Source: Raja brachyura (Eukaryota). Taken from it: DNA of 64,000 nt. The translations under genes were made by a program, and so were the position numbers. Location of the stretch: positions 16,182,001 through 16,246,000 of the forward strand of contig OY740801.1 in the NCBI GenBank assembly GCA_963514005.1. The letters run 5' to 3'. The notes beneath the pieces were generated by a model. That model saw nothing but the letters and a program-made list of their open reading frames with translations, did not search any database and was not told the DNA's origin. Below are positions 1 through 13,037 of this stretch, piece by piece (positions within the stretch are counted from its first letter, which is position 1; the number at the start of each line of letters is the position of its first letter).

Positions 1-238
1 TGAAGTGCCATGGAGGTCTCCACTACCAGTTCCCGACAGCCCAGCCCCATTCCAGTGATTGAGATCGTTGCGGTTTGAGAACGGGTGGGAACTGTCGATG
101 GATGCAATACGGTTCTGGCTGGATCCCAGAGACTGCCAGCCTAGAGAGGGCGTCAACGACTGGCCTTGTGCAAAGAAGCGATTAATCTCATCTTCACTGG
201 CAAACTCAGCAAGAATGGTAGTGTTCCCTAAAACACAC
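1..238 (-). CDS. TNRC6A: TNRC6A last coding exon (partial, runs off window): end of RRM and C-terminal region
   Basis: Acceptor tctttcag|G at 238; reads [41 protein letters not shown]...[19 protein letters not shown], matching the TNRC6A C-terminus. Confidence 0.95.
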
Positions 239-290
239 CTGAAAGACAAAAAGAAAAGCAATCAAGTAGACTTCCAACACCCAAAAAACA

Positions 291-457
291 GTTTCCTCCC
301 ATAATCCAAAGACGTACAGGTTTGTAGGTTAATTGGCTTGGTATAATTGTAAATTGTCCCTAGTGAGGGAAGCATAGTGTTAATATGCAGGAATCGATGG
401 TCGGCGCAGACTCGGTGGGCCAGTTACCGCACGGTATCTCTAAAATAAACTAAAACT
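291..457 (+). mobile_element. 3' part of an HE1-like tRNA-derived SINE
   Basis: Nearly the same sequence as 34980-35150 (caaagacgtacaggtttgtaggttaattggcttgg...tatctctaaa). Confidence 0.7.
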
Positions 458-1165
458 TGTAAATCTAGTATACAGAAACCAGGCTGAGATAGACACTCAT
501 GAGGGGTTACATGTGCAAAGCCATGAAAATGGGGATGTGTGAGGTAGTAGGTCAATGGTCAATTGATCTATGTTTGGAGTTTAAAGCGCCCCATCTGTTG
601 GTTTAAAAGAGACGGTAATATAGCTAAAAATAAAGCACTGACAACATTGCAGCGACTCCTAAATCGTATGGCAATGAGCTTGGAGAAAATGGATACTTTA
701 ATGGAGTTTCAAACAAGACAATTCCTGAATAACTCAAATCTCCACAGTAAAGACTCTCCATGCAAATCTTCTTACTCTCTTAAGTACTAATGTGGCGACA
801 AGTAGTGTACATTTCTTTTATCTCCCATATATTTTACTGAGTGTTTTTTGAAGGAAGTAAGTATTGTTAAAAATAATTCTCCGGCTAATCTTGCAAATTC
901 TTATGACAGGACAGAGGGAAAATTAGGCAGTGAATAAATAGTTTGGGGGATAGGCAGTAGCTCTGCAGCACGTGTGGGTTCCTGCACTGTATAAATACAT
1001 TTCCAAAGACCTACCACATGATTACAAACCCACAGCCTGGTAAGGTCAAGGTTCAAATGTCTTGCTTCGCAAGCGAATTTATGTGGTTTACAAATCCCTT
1101 TCCCTTTTTGGAGGGATAACAAAATCCCCCCAAAAGCCTGTTCATCAAGCTCAGGACCAACTTAC

Positions 1166-1305
1166 ATGTGCAGAGATTTCTGAGCCTTGGCTGCCTCTTC
1201 CTTCGAGCTGTAACAGACCAAAGCGTTTCCATGGGGCAGGTTAAGGTGGAATGTTATTAGTGGGCCGTGCTGCATGCACAGTGTACGCAAGGTGGAGCCA
1301 TCAAT
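1166..1305 (-). CDS. TNRC6A: TNRC6A exon, RRM core
   Basis: ttcag|ATT...CAC AT|gtaag; [47 protein letters not shown]. Confidence 0.96.
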
Positions 1306-1381
1306 CTGAAGATTAAAGATACAGCAAGAGACCAGTCAGCAAGATTAATGCAGGCCTGCAGATAGACAACAACTAGTATTA

Positions 1382-1472
1382 CCGAAGGGTCTCGACCCGA
1401 AACGTCACCTATTCCTTCGCTCCATAGGTGCTGCCTCATCCGCTTAATTTCTCCAGCATTTTTGTCTACCTT
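1382..1472 (+). mobile_element. Solo fragment of Penelope-type terminal repeat
   Basis: gggtctcgacccgaaacgtcacc...ctccagcatttttgtctacc, the same unit that ends the GIY-YIG fragments at about 58015 and 61700. Confidence 0.65.
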
Positions 1473-2360
1473 GTATTTATATGGTGCTTATATATAGCAA
1501 AACCCTCCCTAGGTGATTCACAGGAATTATTAAAAATCCACATGGCACCACAAAAAGAGTAGGCCATAAAGTCAAAAACAAATAGATTTAAGAAAAGTAT
1601 TTAAAAAAAAAGATGTGGGAGGGTTTATGGAGGGAATTAGGCTGAAAGCACGGCTGCCCTGATGGAGCAAAACCAGAACTGAAAACAAAGCTGGACTCGA
1701 TATCCCAGAAGACCTGCCAACAGGGATGAGGTTTAAAACAGAGAAAGTGTGAAGAGCAGCTTCCTAAGCAGAAGATAAAATCAATTACCTGGTTCACTGA
1801 GAAGTTTAAAATGCTGTGAGGTCTGTATCATGTTCAGATTACACCGCAAGGGTATTATAGTTAGCTGCACGCAGTGATAATGAGCTACACATAGTTTCCA
1901 TTAACCTGTGCACGTTGAGTCTATTGGGCTGGAACAATAATCTAATCAGCCAGGCATCCGGCTACCTATTGACCTGGAAAATATTCCAGTTAGCAGGCAT
2001 GACTGGATAGTTGGCAATGTGTGTGTCGAATTACATAAGGCCATCTGGACAAAGTAATAATGTTGTGTGTGAAACTGGTCTTAGTAATAATGCCATGCCT
2101 TTGAGGTAGTGGGAGGGAGATGGTAATATATAATGGTATGGATAGATTGAAGATTTAAAAGGGGAATGTTTATAAATTGCAATGATGCTTGCAATGCAAA
2201 ATGCAATGTACATGGACACCAGAGATGCCTGCCTTTTTGTTAGTTATGTCGAACAGTTTTTGCTCCAGGCATACACTGGCACCATCCCCCAACTCCTTCT
2301 CTGTTACATCGCCAATTGCATTGGGGCTGTCTCCTGCAGCTGTGTAGAACTCGATGATTT

Positions 2361-3255
2361 CAAGTTCAAGTGAGTTTATTGTCATGCGTCCCTGATAGGA
2401 CAATTAAATTCTTGCTTTGCTTCAGCATGCAGAACATAGTAGGCATTTACTACAAAACAGATCAGTGTCCATATATCATTATATAAGCACATACACACAT
2501 GAATAAATAAACTGATAAAGTGCAAATAAACAGATAATGGGCTATTAATGTTCAGAGTTTTGTCCGAGCCAGGTTTAATAACCTGATGGCTGTGGGGAAA
2601 TAGCTATTCCTGAACCTGGTCGTTGCCGTCTTCAGGCTCCTGTGCCTTCTACCTGAAGGTAGCAGGGAGATGAGTGTGTGGCCAGGATGGTGTGGGTCCT
2701 TGATGATGCTGCCAGCCTTTTTGAGGCAGCGACTGCGATAAATCCCCTCGATGGATGGAAGGTCAGAGCCGATGATGGACTGGGCAGTGTTTACTACTTT
2801 TTAAAGTATTTTCCTCTCCAGGGCACTCAAGTTGCCGAACCAAGCCACGATGCAACCGGTCAGCATGCTATCTACTGTGCACCTGTAGAAGTTAGAGAGA
2901 GTCCTCCTTGACAAACCGACTCTCCGTAATCTTCTCAGGAAGTAGAGGCGCTGATGTGCTTTCTTGAAAATTGCATCAGTGTTCTCGGACCAGGAAAGAT
3001 CTTCAGAGATGTGCATGCCCAGGAATTTGAAGCTCTTGACCCTTGCAATCATCGACCCGTTGATATAAACGGGACTGTGGGTCCCCATCCTACTCCTTCC
3101 AAAGTCCACGACAAGGGTAGAACACGACCGAGTATACCATCAGGTGCAGGTGCTTTTCGAGGGTTCACACCTCTGAAGGATTTCCTGACGTCGGCCTCTG
3201 TGACTGAGACTGAAATACCATCACAGCGAATGGGGGCTCGGGAAGGCACATCCGT
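2361..3255 (-). mobile_element. Rex1/Babar-type LINE fragment (RT C-terminus and 3' UTR, internally deleted)
   Basis: ORFs read FKFLGMHISEDLSWSENTDAIFKKAHQRLYFLRRLRR and VNPRKAPAPDGILGRVL. Confidence 0.8.
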
Positions 3256-3269
3256 ATTCTCCTTTCAAA

Positions 3270-4680
3270 GCGTGTGTAAAACTTCATTACCTTCACCTCA
3301 AACTTCCACCCGGTCTTCAAATTTACCTGGACTATTTCCGTCACTTCCCTCCCCTTTCTTGATCTTTGTCTCTCCATCGCAGGGGATAACCTATTGATTG
3401 ACATCTACTACAAAGCTACCGACTCCCAGTTACCTAGACAAACCTCTTGCAAAGACGGTATTCCCTACTCTCAATTCCTCCATATCTGCTACATCGGCTC
3501 CCAAGATAAGGTTTTCCATTCTAGGACACCTGAGATGGTCTTTTTCTTTCGTAAACTTGGTTTCTCACCAGCTGTCATATATGGATCCCTCATCCAAGTC
3601 TTCTCTGTGCCCCATGGTTCCTCTCACTCTCCTCCCTCTAGACAAAACAAGGATAGGGTTCCCCTGGTCGTCACTTTCCACATCATCCTCGGACATTTTC
3701 CGTCACCTCGAACGTGATCCCACCACTAGTCACATCTTCCCATCTCCACCCCATTCTGCCAACTGCAGAGACTGCTCCTTGCACAACTCCTTGATCTACT
3801 CATCCCTTCCCACCCAAACCATCTCCCCCCCTAGGTACTTTCCCCAGCAACTGCAGGAGATGTTTCGGTGTCCGTATACCTCCGCCCTTGCCTCCATCCA
3901 GGGACCTGAGCAGTCCTTCCAGGTATAACAGAGGTTTACGTGCACCCTCTCTAACCTCACCTACTACATGTTGTGTTTCTAATGTGGCCTCCTGTACATC
4001 AGTGAGACCAAGCGCAGACTTGGTGAACATTTCGCCGAACACTGGGTGTGTCCGCCAAGGCCTACTGGATATCCTGATTGCTAATCATCTTAAATCCCCT
4101 TCCCATTCCCACACTGGCCATTCTGTCCTTGGCCTCCTCCATTGCCAGAGTGAGGCTACACGCAAACTGGAGGAACAGCACCTCATATTCCACGACTGGC
4201 TTACAATGGTGTAAACTTTAAATTCTCCAATTTTAGGTAACCCTCCCCCCCCCCCCCCTTCTATCCACCTTTTCTCTGCCCCTGCACTCTCCTTTGCTCT
4301 TCTCCTGCTCTGTGCCTCACCTGGAATACATATTTATCCCCTCTCCTCCCACCCCCTCCACATTCTTTCCTCTGTCTTTGCAACTCTTCATTACTTTAGT
4401 CTCAACCCTTCAGTTTTAATCTCTGGACTGTTCCAACCATCTGCCTATCAAAAACCTCATTGCCTGTCTACCTATAACCTGCCACATTTTGTCCTGCCTC
4501 TCCTCTCTCCCAGCTTTCTTCACCCTCTCCAACAATCAGTCTGAAAGATCACCACCCATAACATCACCTATCCAGAGATGTTGCTTGGCCCATTGAGTTA
4601 CTCCAGGACTTTGCGTTACTCTAGGGCTTTCAGTTATTCCAGGTCCTTTTTTGTAAATCAGCATCTGGAGATACTGGAGT
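3270..4680 (+). mobile_element. Degenerate Penelope-like element (RT thumb, GIY-YIG endonuclease, terminal repeat)
   Basis: Frameshifted DIYYKATDS...SCKDGIPYSQFL, NKDRVPLVVTFH and TRKLEEQHLIF motifs; homologous to 57404-58140 and 61083-61770. Confidence 0.8.
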
Positions 4681-4871
4681 ACATCCTGACATTTCACAAG
4701 TTGCAGACAGGGTTTACTTGAGTTTCATGTGCATTTTCTTGATGGTGAGCCAGGAATCCTGAACACCTGTAATCTGTTCAGCCTCTCCGTCAAAGCTATG
4801 GTGGCACTGACGACTGTTTTAGTCTGCACATGACAACTGAATCATTGTTTGAGAATGATGCACACACTCAC

Positions 4872-4942
4872 CTGAGGCGTGAGGTTCTTGAGAACAAGCC
4901 AATTTGTTATTCTCCCTGAGCTGATGTCGCCCCAGCTAGGAC
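4872..4942 (-). CDS. TNRC6A: TNRC6A exon, start of RRM
   Basis: tgcag|GT...CAG|gtgagt; [24 protein letters not shown]. Confidence 0.95.
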
Positions 4943-5946
4943 CTGCAGCAAAACCAACAAGAGGATGCTGTTAACAAGATGCATCACTGCTGATCAGCTG
5001 CCCAGCCACAACACATCACTCACACTCGTAGCTAAAACCAGCATTGGTCAAAATTCAGATGCATTTGAAATCAACAGTTGGCAGTGAGATGGATTCAGTA
5101 TAAGGTGAAGGTCTGTTAATGCGACATGCTAGGGATTTCAATGTTGGATTATAGATTTTCCAGACTGTTGAATGTCATTCATTTTGTTTAGCTGTTATAC
5201 AATGGAATCATTTTCCAGTGAACCCAGTAAGTTTAAATGAGTCTGGAAATCAGACGTATTTGTCAAAGCACGAGAAACAGAACTTGGGCGTTATATGGGG
5301 TGTAGGGTGGGGAGGGCAGGTAAACCAGTCGAGTTATTGGGGAGAGGGTGCGGGGGAACGGAATGAAGGTGCCCAACCATCAAATTTCTGAACAGTTGGA
5401 TATAGATTGGTACAATGTATAAACCCAACCAACAGCTGCAGGAGTGAAAGTTCCTCACCCTGATTAATCTGAAATCCTCACCTTCTGCAGAACACATCTT
5501 GCAAATTAAAACAAGCCTCCTCCACCCCCCAACATTTGCGATTCATCAGTGTATAGAAATTGGTACAAACGCGGGATGAAAGACAGAAAGTTTAACAAGA
5601 TTGAAGGGTGTAAAGGAGTTTCACAAGTGAAAAATATTAGCACTGTAAAACTTAGATAATTTGATATGAGATTGTTCAGGAATCCTGATGGTTCAACATC
5701 TGGCTCACTCATTAGTCTTGGATGTGATTTGGGGTCAGGAGTGTGAGCGAGGTCTACCGCTAGGTACAGGGTCCAGACTACGAGCTAGGTTTGCAGCTGG
5801 GGCTGGGGTCCAGAAAACTAGGTTTCAGGAATGTGTTCCGGATTAGTGGACAGAGCCAGGATGTGAAGTGCTTGTATATTTCACTCTCCTTTACAACTCT
5901 TGGGTTGACTTGAAAATGTATCATAGTACAGTGTAATATGTTAACA

Positions 5947-6434
5947 CAGGGTAGTTCTGTTACAACAGCATGATTTTGTAACACAAATCTGTATTACGTG
6001 GGCTGAATTGGTTATTATGTTACTTTATTATTATTATTAATCTATATATATATAAAATTATGTGACTGAAGAGCTACTTCAGAAATCCCCACAGTAATCA
6101 AACACCATCACCTCTAAACAGCAGTCTGTCAGATACACCACAGGAGGCTAAAATAAATTGATGAGAATTGCTTCTATTTACACTTGCGCATCCAAACTCT
6201 ACTAAACACTTTCACGGTCTTCAGTATTTTTACACTGCAGTAACAAGACTTGCAGTTATTAACCCGACCTTTGTTTTTGAAAATCATGAGGTGAAGTAAC
6301 ATTGTTATTGCAAGTCTGAAACTCTCTCGCCCCTAACCCCCTTTCCCCCACTGTCACAACAGTTTTATGATGTGATTTTCTATAACACGAGATTTCTTAG
6401 GAATCCAATTATCGTGTTATAGCAGAACTATCTG
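5947..6434. mobile_element. Putative Tc1/mariner-Tigger (MER6-like) non-autonomous element
   Basis: Imperfect terminal inverted repeats cagggtagttctgttacaac / gttatagcagaactatctg, the right one followed by TA. Confidence 0.5.
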
Positions 6435-6791
6435 TACAGTGAAGTTAAAATTGGTTTGCCTATAAATACGTCTAATGATAATCTGAAAAATCAACTTCAT
6501 CTTCATCACCATTACTGCTAGTCGTCATCACGATTACACAGAGGCCCGATTACAGGAGTTTTACTGTACCAGGTTTGAAAAAAACAAACATTATTCTTCA
6601 CATATATTGAAGGAAGCCTCAGTCGATGTGGATAGTCTGCTATGAGGCTGAGCAACACATAACTACATGGACCCACGGCTTTATAGATCAGTTTAAGCTT
6701 CGCAATTCTAGGAAATGGTATTTCTGATCCTCCAAATGCTACCCTACTGGGAAATACACCTACTGGTACAATGGAAGGATTAGGCACAAAT

Positions 6792-7857
6792 GAGGCATGA
6801 TATTCACCTCCAGAAAAAAAGTAGGAAGTATTGGCCGGGGGGTCCTAGAGGCCGGCTAGGCCCCTGGCAGGGTCCAGGGGGCTCCTGTAGTTTTAATAAA
6901 TTGAAAGTAATTCCTAAGCTTTCTGCTGGTAGTTTACATAACAGAAGCTTAGAATTTTTAAAAATATATAACCAGTAAAATAACCCCCAAAAGATAAATA
7001 TTTCATTAAAAAATTGACTTCATACAGCTAAAAAAATCTTTACAAAAAATGTTACGTGCCTTTCTGAATAAGCTATTTGTAGAGATGCCAAAAGAACACA
7101 AAAGTAAAACTTATGCATCACCTTAGAAAGATACCATCTCAAGGCATAATTATGCACAATACGGTAAGGCACAGATAATTGTCAATACACATCTACAACG
7201 CTAAGAAGGTAGAAAACTAAAATCCTCTGCCAATAACAATGGAAACAAAAATTCCCAATATGAACAGAAATCACCACAAAGGGGAGGGGGTAGCCGCTGC
7301 CCGGGAGATAGGGCCCCGCATCTCTCTAACCCCACACTATCATCGCCAGCACCATTCCCTTTCCAGTCGCAGCTCCATATGGGAAACACAAAACACTGTT
7401 GTGTTAATCTATTTATTTTCCCCACAAGAGAAGAGGGGGGAGGGGTTCAACGCCCCGCAGCCATCACCCCCGTCTTAGCTGTACGGGCATCCCGGTCACC
7501 CTGAGCCGCCCCCCCCCCCCCCCCCCGTCTCACCCGTTCGCGCGCTCCAGTTCCCTCCGACAAACGGGCACCATCACATCTCACACTGCGCCGCCGGGAT
7601 GATCTCAGCCGCAGCCAAAGAGCGTTGTTATGTTCCCTCCCCCCGCTATTGGCTGACCTCCATCATGCATCACAAGCTGGCCTGCCTCCAGACCGGTACC
7701 TCCACTGACTCTCCTTCCTTCACCCTTTTATTTTACGATCTTGCCAACTAAACTGTGTCAAAATCGGGCACTAACAATTGAAAAATCTGATTCATTGTTA
7801 GGAAAAGAAGGAAAAAAAATCGGAATTCCGATTTAAATCGGAAGAATATCATGCCTG
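6792..7857. mobile_element. Putative non-autonomous DNA transposon
   Basis: 13-bp perfect inverted repeat aggcatgatattc (6793) / gaatatcatgcct (7856); GC-rich internal patches; no clear target-site duplication. Confidence 0.45.
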
Positions 7858-8035
7858 TCAATTGCAATACTTGTACAAGCTGCTGGCTGTTAAAATTGCA
7901 GGTCTGAGTTGGGAGTAAAGAGAATTAACAAGAAGCTAGGGAGTTGAGATATTCTGCCAGAACTTTAACAGATGACTCAATTAGTTGGCTTGCATTGTAG
8001 GCCCAGCAGATCGTTGCACTGATAGTGCTTCTTAC

Positions 8036-8254
8036 CAGGGTTGTATCTGGAGTCTGAAGTCCCCCATCCTCCACCCATGCGCAGCGAGCTGTTGCCCCAT
8101 GAGGACGAAGGCTTCTGATTGGTCAGCCCTGGTGGTGGGCGGGACAGAGCGGTAGTGTTTTTGGGTGGCAGGGGGACTTTCCACAGTTCGTGAGCAAGGG
8201 AAGCATTGGTAATTGGCCCAGGAGACCAGGTGGATTTGGGGTCACCAATTCTGG
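8036..8254 (-). CDS. TNRC6A: TNRC6A exon, silencing-domain M2 region
   Basis: cccag|CC...CCT G|gtaag; [33 protein letters not shown]...[11 protein letters not shown]. Confidence 0.95.
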
Positions 8255-8899
8255 CTGGGAAAGGGAAGCACAGGTAAATCATCAACATTTAATTGCTACA
8301 TTTCTTACACACACAAGAGTCAAAAGTCACTGTTTTGTTGTCATATGTCTTAGCGAGAACAATGAAATTTTTACTTGCATAGGAAAACAGAATATGCAAA
8401 AAGATAATACTCTTGAAACAATATAATAAACGAGAAAAATATACACACACACACATAAAATCAAACAATAATAGTGCAAAAAGACAAAACCAATGGTTCC
8501 AAGTCTATGTAGAATCACTGCAAACAGGCTGCAAGGAAAGTTACCAGGTCTACATATCCTGCATTTAAAAAATACAATTATTTAACTTCAGAATTTGCTA
8601 AGGAATCCCACCCCCATGTCGGCTGAAGGTAGGTTAGAATCGAGCTGCGAGTGGTTACTGAGTACTTGTTGCATAGTGTGCAATAATTTTCTTGGACTAA
8701 TGTGCTAGTTGACACAATCATTATTTCTTATCATATTCCCCCTCCCCTCGACCCACCCCAATCAAAGAAAGAGCCGATTCATCTACAGTCCATGCTGCAA
8801 GAGTAATACAATGGGAAGAAGAGTTCTTCATGAAAGGCTTTGCAGACAGAAGTAATTGGCAAATATTTTTTATTAGGTTTTGGATACTTGTATTCCTAC

Positions 8900-9010
8900 C
8901 TGGAGTGCTTTGTGCTGTACTGCTGAGGGAACTATTGTAGCTGGAGGCACCACCAAGGGACCAGGCACTAGTTGAAGGCAGCGTGGTGTTCATAGATGAG
9001 GATGACCCTA
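8900..9010 (-). CDS. TNRC6A: TNRC6A exon (tandem CAG/TAG acceptor, start 9010 or 9007)
   Basis: [35 protein letters not shown]; donor G|gtagg at 8900. Confidence 0.92.
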
Positions 9011-10088
9011 CTGAAGACACACAAAGAGACGCATCAATGATTTGCTGGGAGCTTCAGGCACAAATTATTTAAAAATACATTCTAAGATGGAAGAAATGCA
9101 TGAATTAAACCACACTCTGCTGGTAATACACCAAAATATAAAGAAAAAGGTGAACTATTTTTCCAGAGGATACAAATGGAGTTTTTTTTTTAAATTGTGT
9201 GGACATATGCAGTTCCAACAACACAGGAGAAGCCTTGCACCATTCAAGACGATGCAGCCCATTTCATTGGTACCCAAACTGTCACCCCAAACAATCATCC
9301 CCTCTTCATACTGCCACTATGTGCCAGTGATAATGTCTACAAAATGCACTTCAGTTACTTATCTAGGCTACTCTGACAGGTTCTTCCAAACCCATGACCA
9401 CTACCACTAAGGACAAGAGTCATCGGTGTAAGAAAACATCTTGAAAACATACATCGTCTTGAATTGTAAATAATTCACCATTAGGTTCAATATGGTAGAT
9501 CACCACTACCAGAGCAATTAAAAATAAGCAATAAGTGCTGGTCTTTCAGTGATCCCACAATCTATTAACTTATATTATTAATTGCCATTTCTGCACTGAA
9601 TGATCAAATTTAGGGCAGACGTCTCCATATGCAATTGTATTAGATGTGGTTCAATTGGGAGGAAGTTTGGCTTGTTGGTAGTTGTTAGATTGAAGTCTCA
9701 GTTTTGAAGCTCAACAATGTAATCTTGATTGATAATTCACTGCAGTACTCAGTCCATTGTTGTAAATGCTATCTTCAACACCTGATATATTTTAGATGGG
9801 ACAGCCACCTTGGCAGGGGGTGGAGCATAAATACTGATGTGGATTAGTTGGCAGAGTGGTCTGTTTGCAGTATTTACAAACTGAAGCTCTATCTGCCATC
9901 CCAGGTTGGCAAGTTTGGTGTTCTGGCCAATATTAGTCTTCAACCAATATCACCAGAACAGATTTCCTTTGGCTGTTATTTCAGAAATAGGCTATCAAGT
10001 TTCTTACATTTTAACAATGACGATACTTCTAGACAAACATTTTACAAAATACCTTCAGCTGAAAGAACAGAATGAGAATGATACTTAC

Positions 10089-10229
10089 TATTATTCCTGT
10101 CCCTGAGGAGGTCAAGATCCCGGGCAGTAGAGATCGACAGATTGGTCATTACACTGCCAGGCGTGACGTAAGGGTCAGTTTCAGGGTCAATGTTTTGATA
10201 ACCTTTCCACGGCTCACCAGGACGAAATT
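10089..10229 (-). CDS. TNRC6A: TNRC6A exon, second half of PAM2 (PABPC-binding) motif
   Basis: tgtag|AA...A|gtaagt; [27 protein letters not shown]. Confidence 0.96.
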
Positions 10230-10329
10230 CTACATGCAAGAACCAAGCACAATGGCTTTCAGTATTCAGAGAGTAGCATATTTGGGAAACATACACAAAT
10301 GGGGTGGGCGCCTGAGAAAGGTATGCTGA

Positions 10330-10990
10330 CTAAGTTGGCTAACCAAACTAGTCCCATTTGCTTGTACTTGGCCTTTATCCCTCCAAACATTACTATGTGT
10401 CTGTTCAAGTGTTTATGAAAATGTCAGTATTGTACTCGCCTCTACCTCTTCCTCTGGCAATGTTCCATATATGCACTACCAGTTGCCCCTCAGATCTCTT
10501 TTACATCTTTTCCACCTCACTTTAAACCTGTACCCTGTAGTTTTAGACTCCCCTATCCTGGCGAAAAGACTGGCTATTCACTTATTTAAGCCCCTCAGGA
10601 TTTGATATACCTTTGTAGGATCATCCCTCGGCCTCTTATGCTCCAGGGAAAAAAGACATAGCTTATCCAACTTCTCCTTTTAACTCAACCCCCCAACCCC
10701 ACCCCTAGACCCAATAACATCCGGCCAAATCTTTTTTGCACCCGTTCCAGATTAATTACATCCTTCCCATTTCAGATTGACTGGAACTGTACACCGCTTC
10801 AAATGTTGCCTTACTCAATACTCTGACTGGTGAAGGCATTCCTGCTAAATGCCTTCTTCACCACCCTGTCTACCCGTGTCACTACCATCATTGAAAAATG
10901 TACCTGTACCCCAAGGTCTCTATGTCCTAAAACATTACCCAGGACCCTATAATTTACCGTGTAAGCCCTGCCCTTGTTCATTCTATCAAA
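10330..10990 (-). mobile_element. Decayed CR1 LINE 3' fragment
   Basis: Colinear similarity with the 47422-48200 CR1 (cacctcactttaaacctgtaccct..., ccctcggcctcttatgctccagggaaaa). Confidence 0.7.
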
Positions 10991-11553
10991 TATATGGGAA
11001 GTGATGGGAAATTTGCTCTACTGCTTGCGGTTTTATCAATGTGGCAAACATAATCTATCTGCCGTATAGAAAAGATATAAGCTAATTTGCCTATCTAATC
11101 TCCATCTTTCTCATGGGGAAAAAGGGAAAATGCACAAGACAATTTTTAAAATCAATTCATCCCCAGTGTGAATATTATCAAATACCCTATAAATAAGAGG
11201 CAAATCGACATCCAGTGAGAATTAAATATGATTGTTCACTTGAATGCTCACTTGAACAATTAAATATTAATAAGATCAAACTGTAGACCCAACTATCTGG
11301 CAGTTGATTGATATTCCAGTTGGGTGCCACAGAAAGGAAGGATAGTGTACCCACATATACAGGCTCCATGCAGTATTACCCTGCGCCACAAGGTGTCCCT
11401 GCAGTTTAATGTATCCTGAGGGAAATAATTGCAATCATTTTTCGCTTCAGCTGCCTGAACCCCAAAACTGGGTCTAGTAATCGCAGGCAGCTTCCACTTC
11501 AGCACCTGGCATCTAAAATTGGCTTCCATCTGACCAAATGCATGATATCTTAC

Positions 11554-11730
11554 CTGGTGGCCAATTAACATTGCTAGAGAGCTTATCACTGGGTGATTTG
11601 GCACTTGGCCAGCCATCTCCAACAGATCCAGGAGGACTGGCCAAAGACTTCATGGAAATGTCAAAGTGACCAAAAGGAGATTCTTCAAGCAACTTTCCAG
11701 AACAAATACTAAGACCACTTGAAGTAGCAC
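11554..11730 (-). CDS. TNRC6A: TNRC6A exon, first half of PAM2 motif
   Basis: cttag|GT...CCA G|gtaag; [10 protein letters not shown]...[29 protein letters not shown]. Confidence 0.95.
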
Positions 11731-11937
11731 CTAAGGGAGGAAAAAAATGCTTACTTTTATTTACTGCAAGCAGTTCAGATAAGAATGAGAGATAACAGCT
11801 CAATCCTTTGTAAAATTACTTTACACAGGTTACAGTCTAGACATAACATCCAACATTCATGACATTCTTTCTACAAGCTATTCAAATGAATGATGATCTA
11901 CCGTTAATATTAGATCTAAACGTCACTCATGCCTTAC

Positions 11938-12087
11938 CATGTTTGCTGGAGTTTTGATCTAGAGGGGAATTAATAGGAAGGCTTTCCGGGGCAGTCCATT
12001 GCTTTAAGCGAGACTGTTGGGATTGTGGCTCTTTCAGGTTAACAATACTGCCGAAATCCAGGGGTACATTCAAGTTTGGATTCAAGC
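11938..12087 (-). CDS. TNRC6A: TNRC6A exon with CIM-1-like QSRLKQW motif
   Basis: cttag|GC...CAT G|gtaagg; [12 protein letters not shown]...[18 protein letters not shown]...LDQNSSKH. Confidence 0.94.
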
Positions 12088-12832
12088 CTAAGGAAACAAG
12101 TCAATTAAACATTAAAGCTACAAAGAGCAAATGCAGATGTGCAATGTTAAAATGGAACTTTCACAGTGCAACTCCCCAGACCTGGCAAGAAAACAGACAC
12201 AGAAAGTATCTTCTCTATCTTGACCAATGACAATGACTTTTTCCATTAGATCCACACCAGCTCATTAGTACTGAGTGATTGGCAACAAATGGCCGTTCGC
12301 CACTCTGTCACTGAGAGCCACACAGCTGAGATGGCACTGTTGAACGTAGACTTCACAGATAGACAATTGTCAATAGGTTTTATTTTCATAACAATCCTGT
12401 ATTATTTTATCATTGGTACCAGCCCAGAATTAATCATATTTATCTCATTTCCAAAGCTTGCCCACCGTGAGGAAAGAACACTAAACTACAAGGTTGCCAG
12501 TTCAATCTGCAAAGGAAACAATTGCCCAAACTTCATAAGAGACCATCAGTTTCCCTCTGGGTACATTTAGAGACTAAAGGATACACAAACAGATTATTCA
12601 CCTCTTGACATTGATCTTTCGTGAGTGGTAAACTTCCTCCCTGCATGCTGGTGGATGGGTGAGCCTGGCATGTGGCTGTTTGCATTACAGAGCGGAGGGC
12701 TGAGCAGGCTGTGGTTTGGGTTATCAGGAAGAAGCATTTTGGGATTATGACAGTTTGAGGATACACGGGCAAGGTGAGCAGATTCGGACATCATGGAGTC
12801 AGATTGCCCATGACTGGGTTGGGAAAACCCAC

Positions 12833-13037
12833 CTAGAGGGTAGCTGCTATACGAGTTGAGCGGCGGCTCTTTTGTCTGCAGCTCGTGAGGGGAAGGGGGC
12901 ATGAGGTTCTCCGGGAAGGGCTTCATGGAGGGCTGATGCATTGGTTGCTGCTGTGACGAAGACTGCTGCTTCAGAAGGCTTGAATCCAGTTGACGGGGAT
13001 TTTGCAGCATCTGTTGCATGTTGAGTACACGAGCAGC
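12833..13037 (-). CDS. TNRC6A: TNRC6A exon, Q-rich region (possible alternative donor at 12602)
   Basis: ttcag|GCT...CTA G|gtgggt; AARVLNMQQMLQNPRQLDSSLLKQQ...SYPL. Confidence 0.9.

Noticed and set aside
6040-6060. A|TCTATATATATATAAAA as a second Helitron 5' end
   Set aside because: No matching hairpin plus CTAG 3' end found nearby; it could be a simple TA microsatellite.
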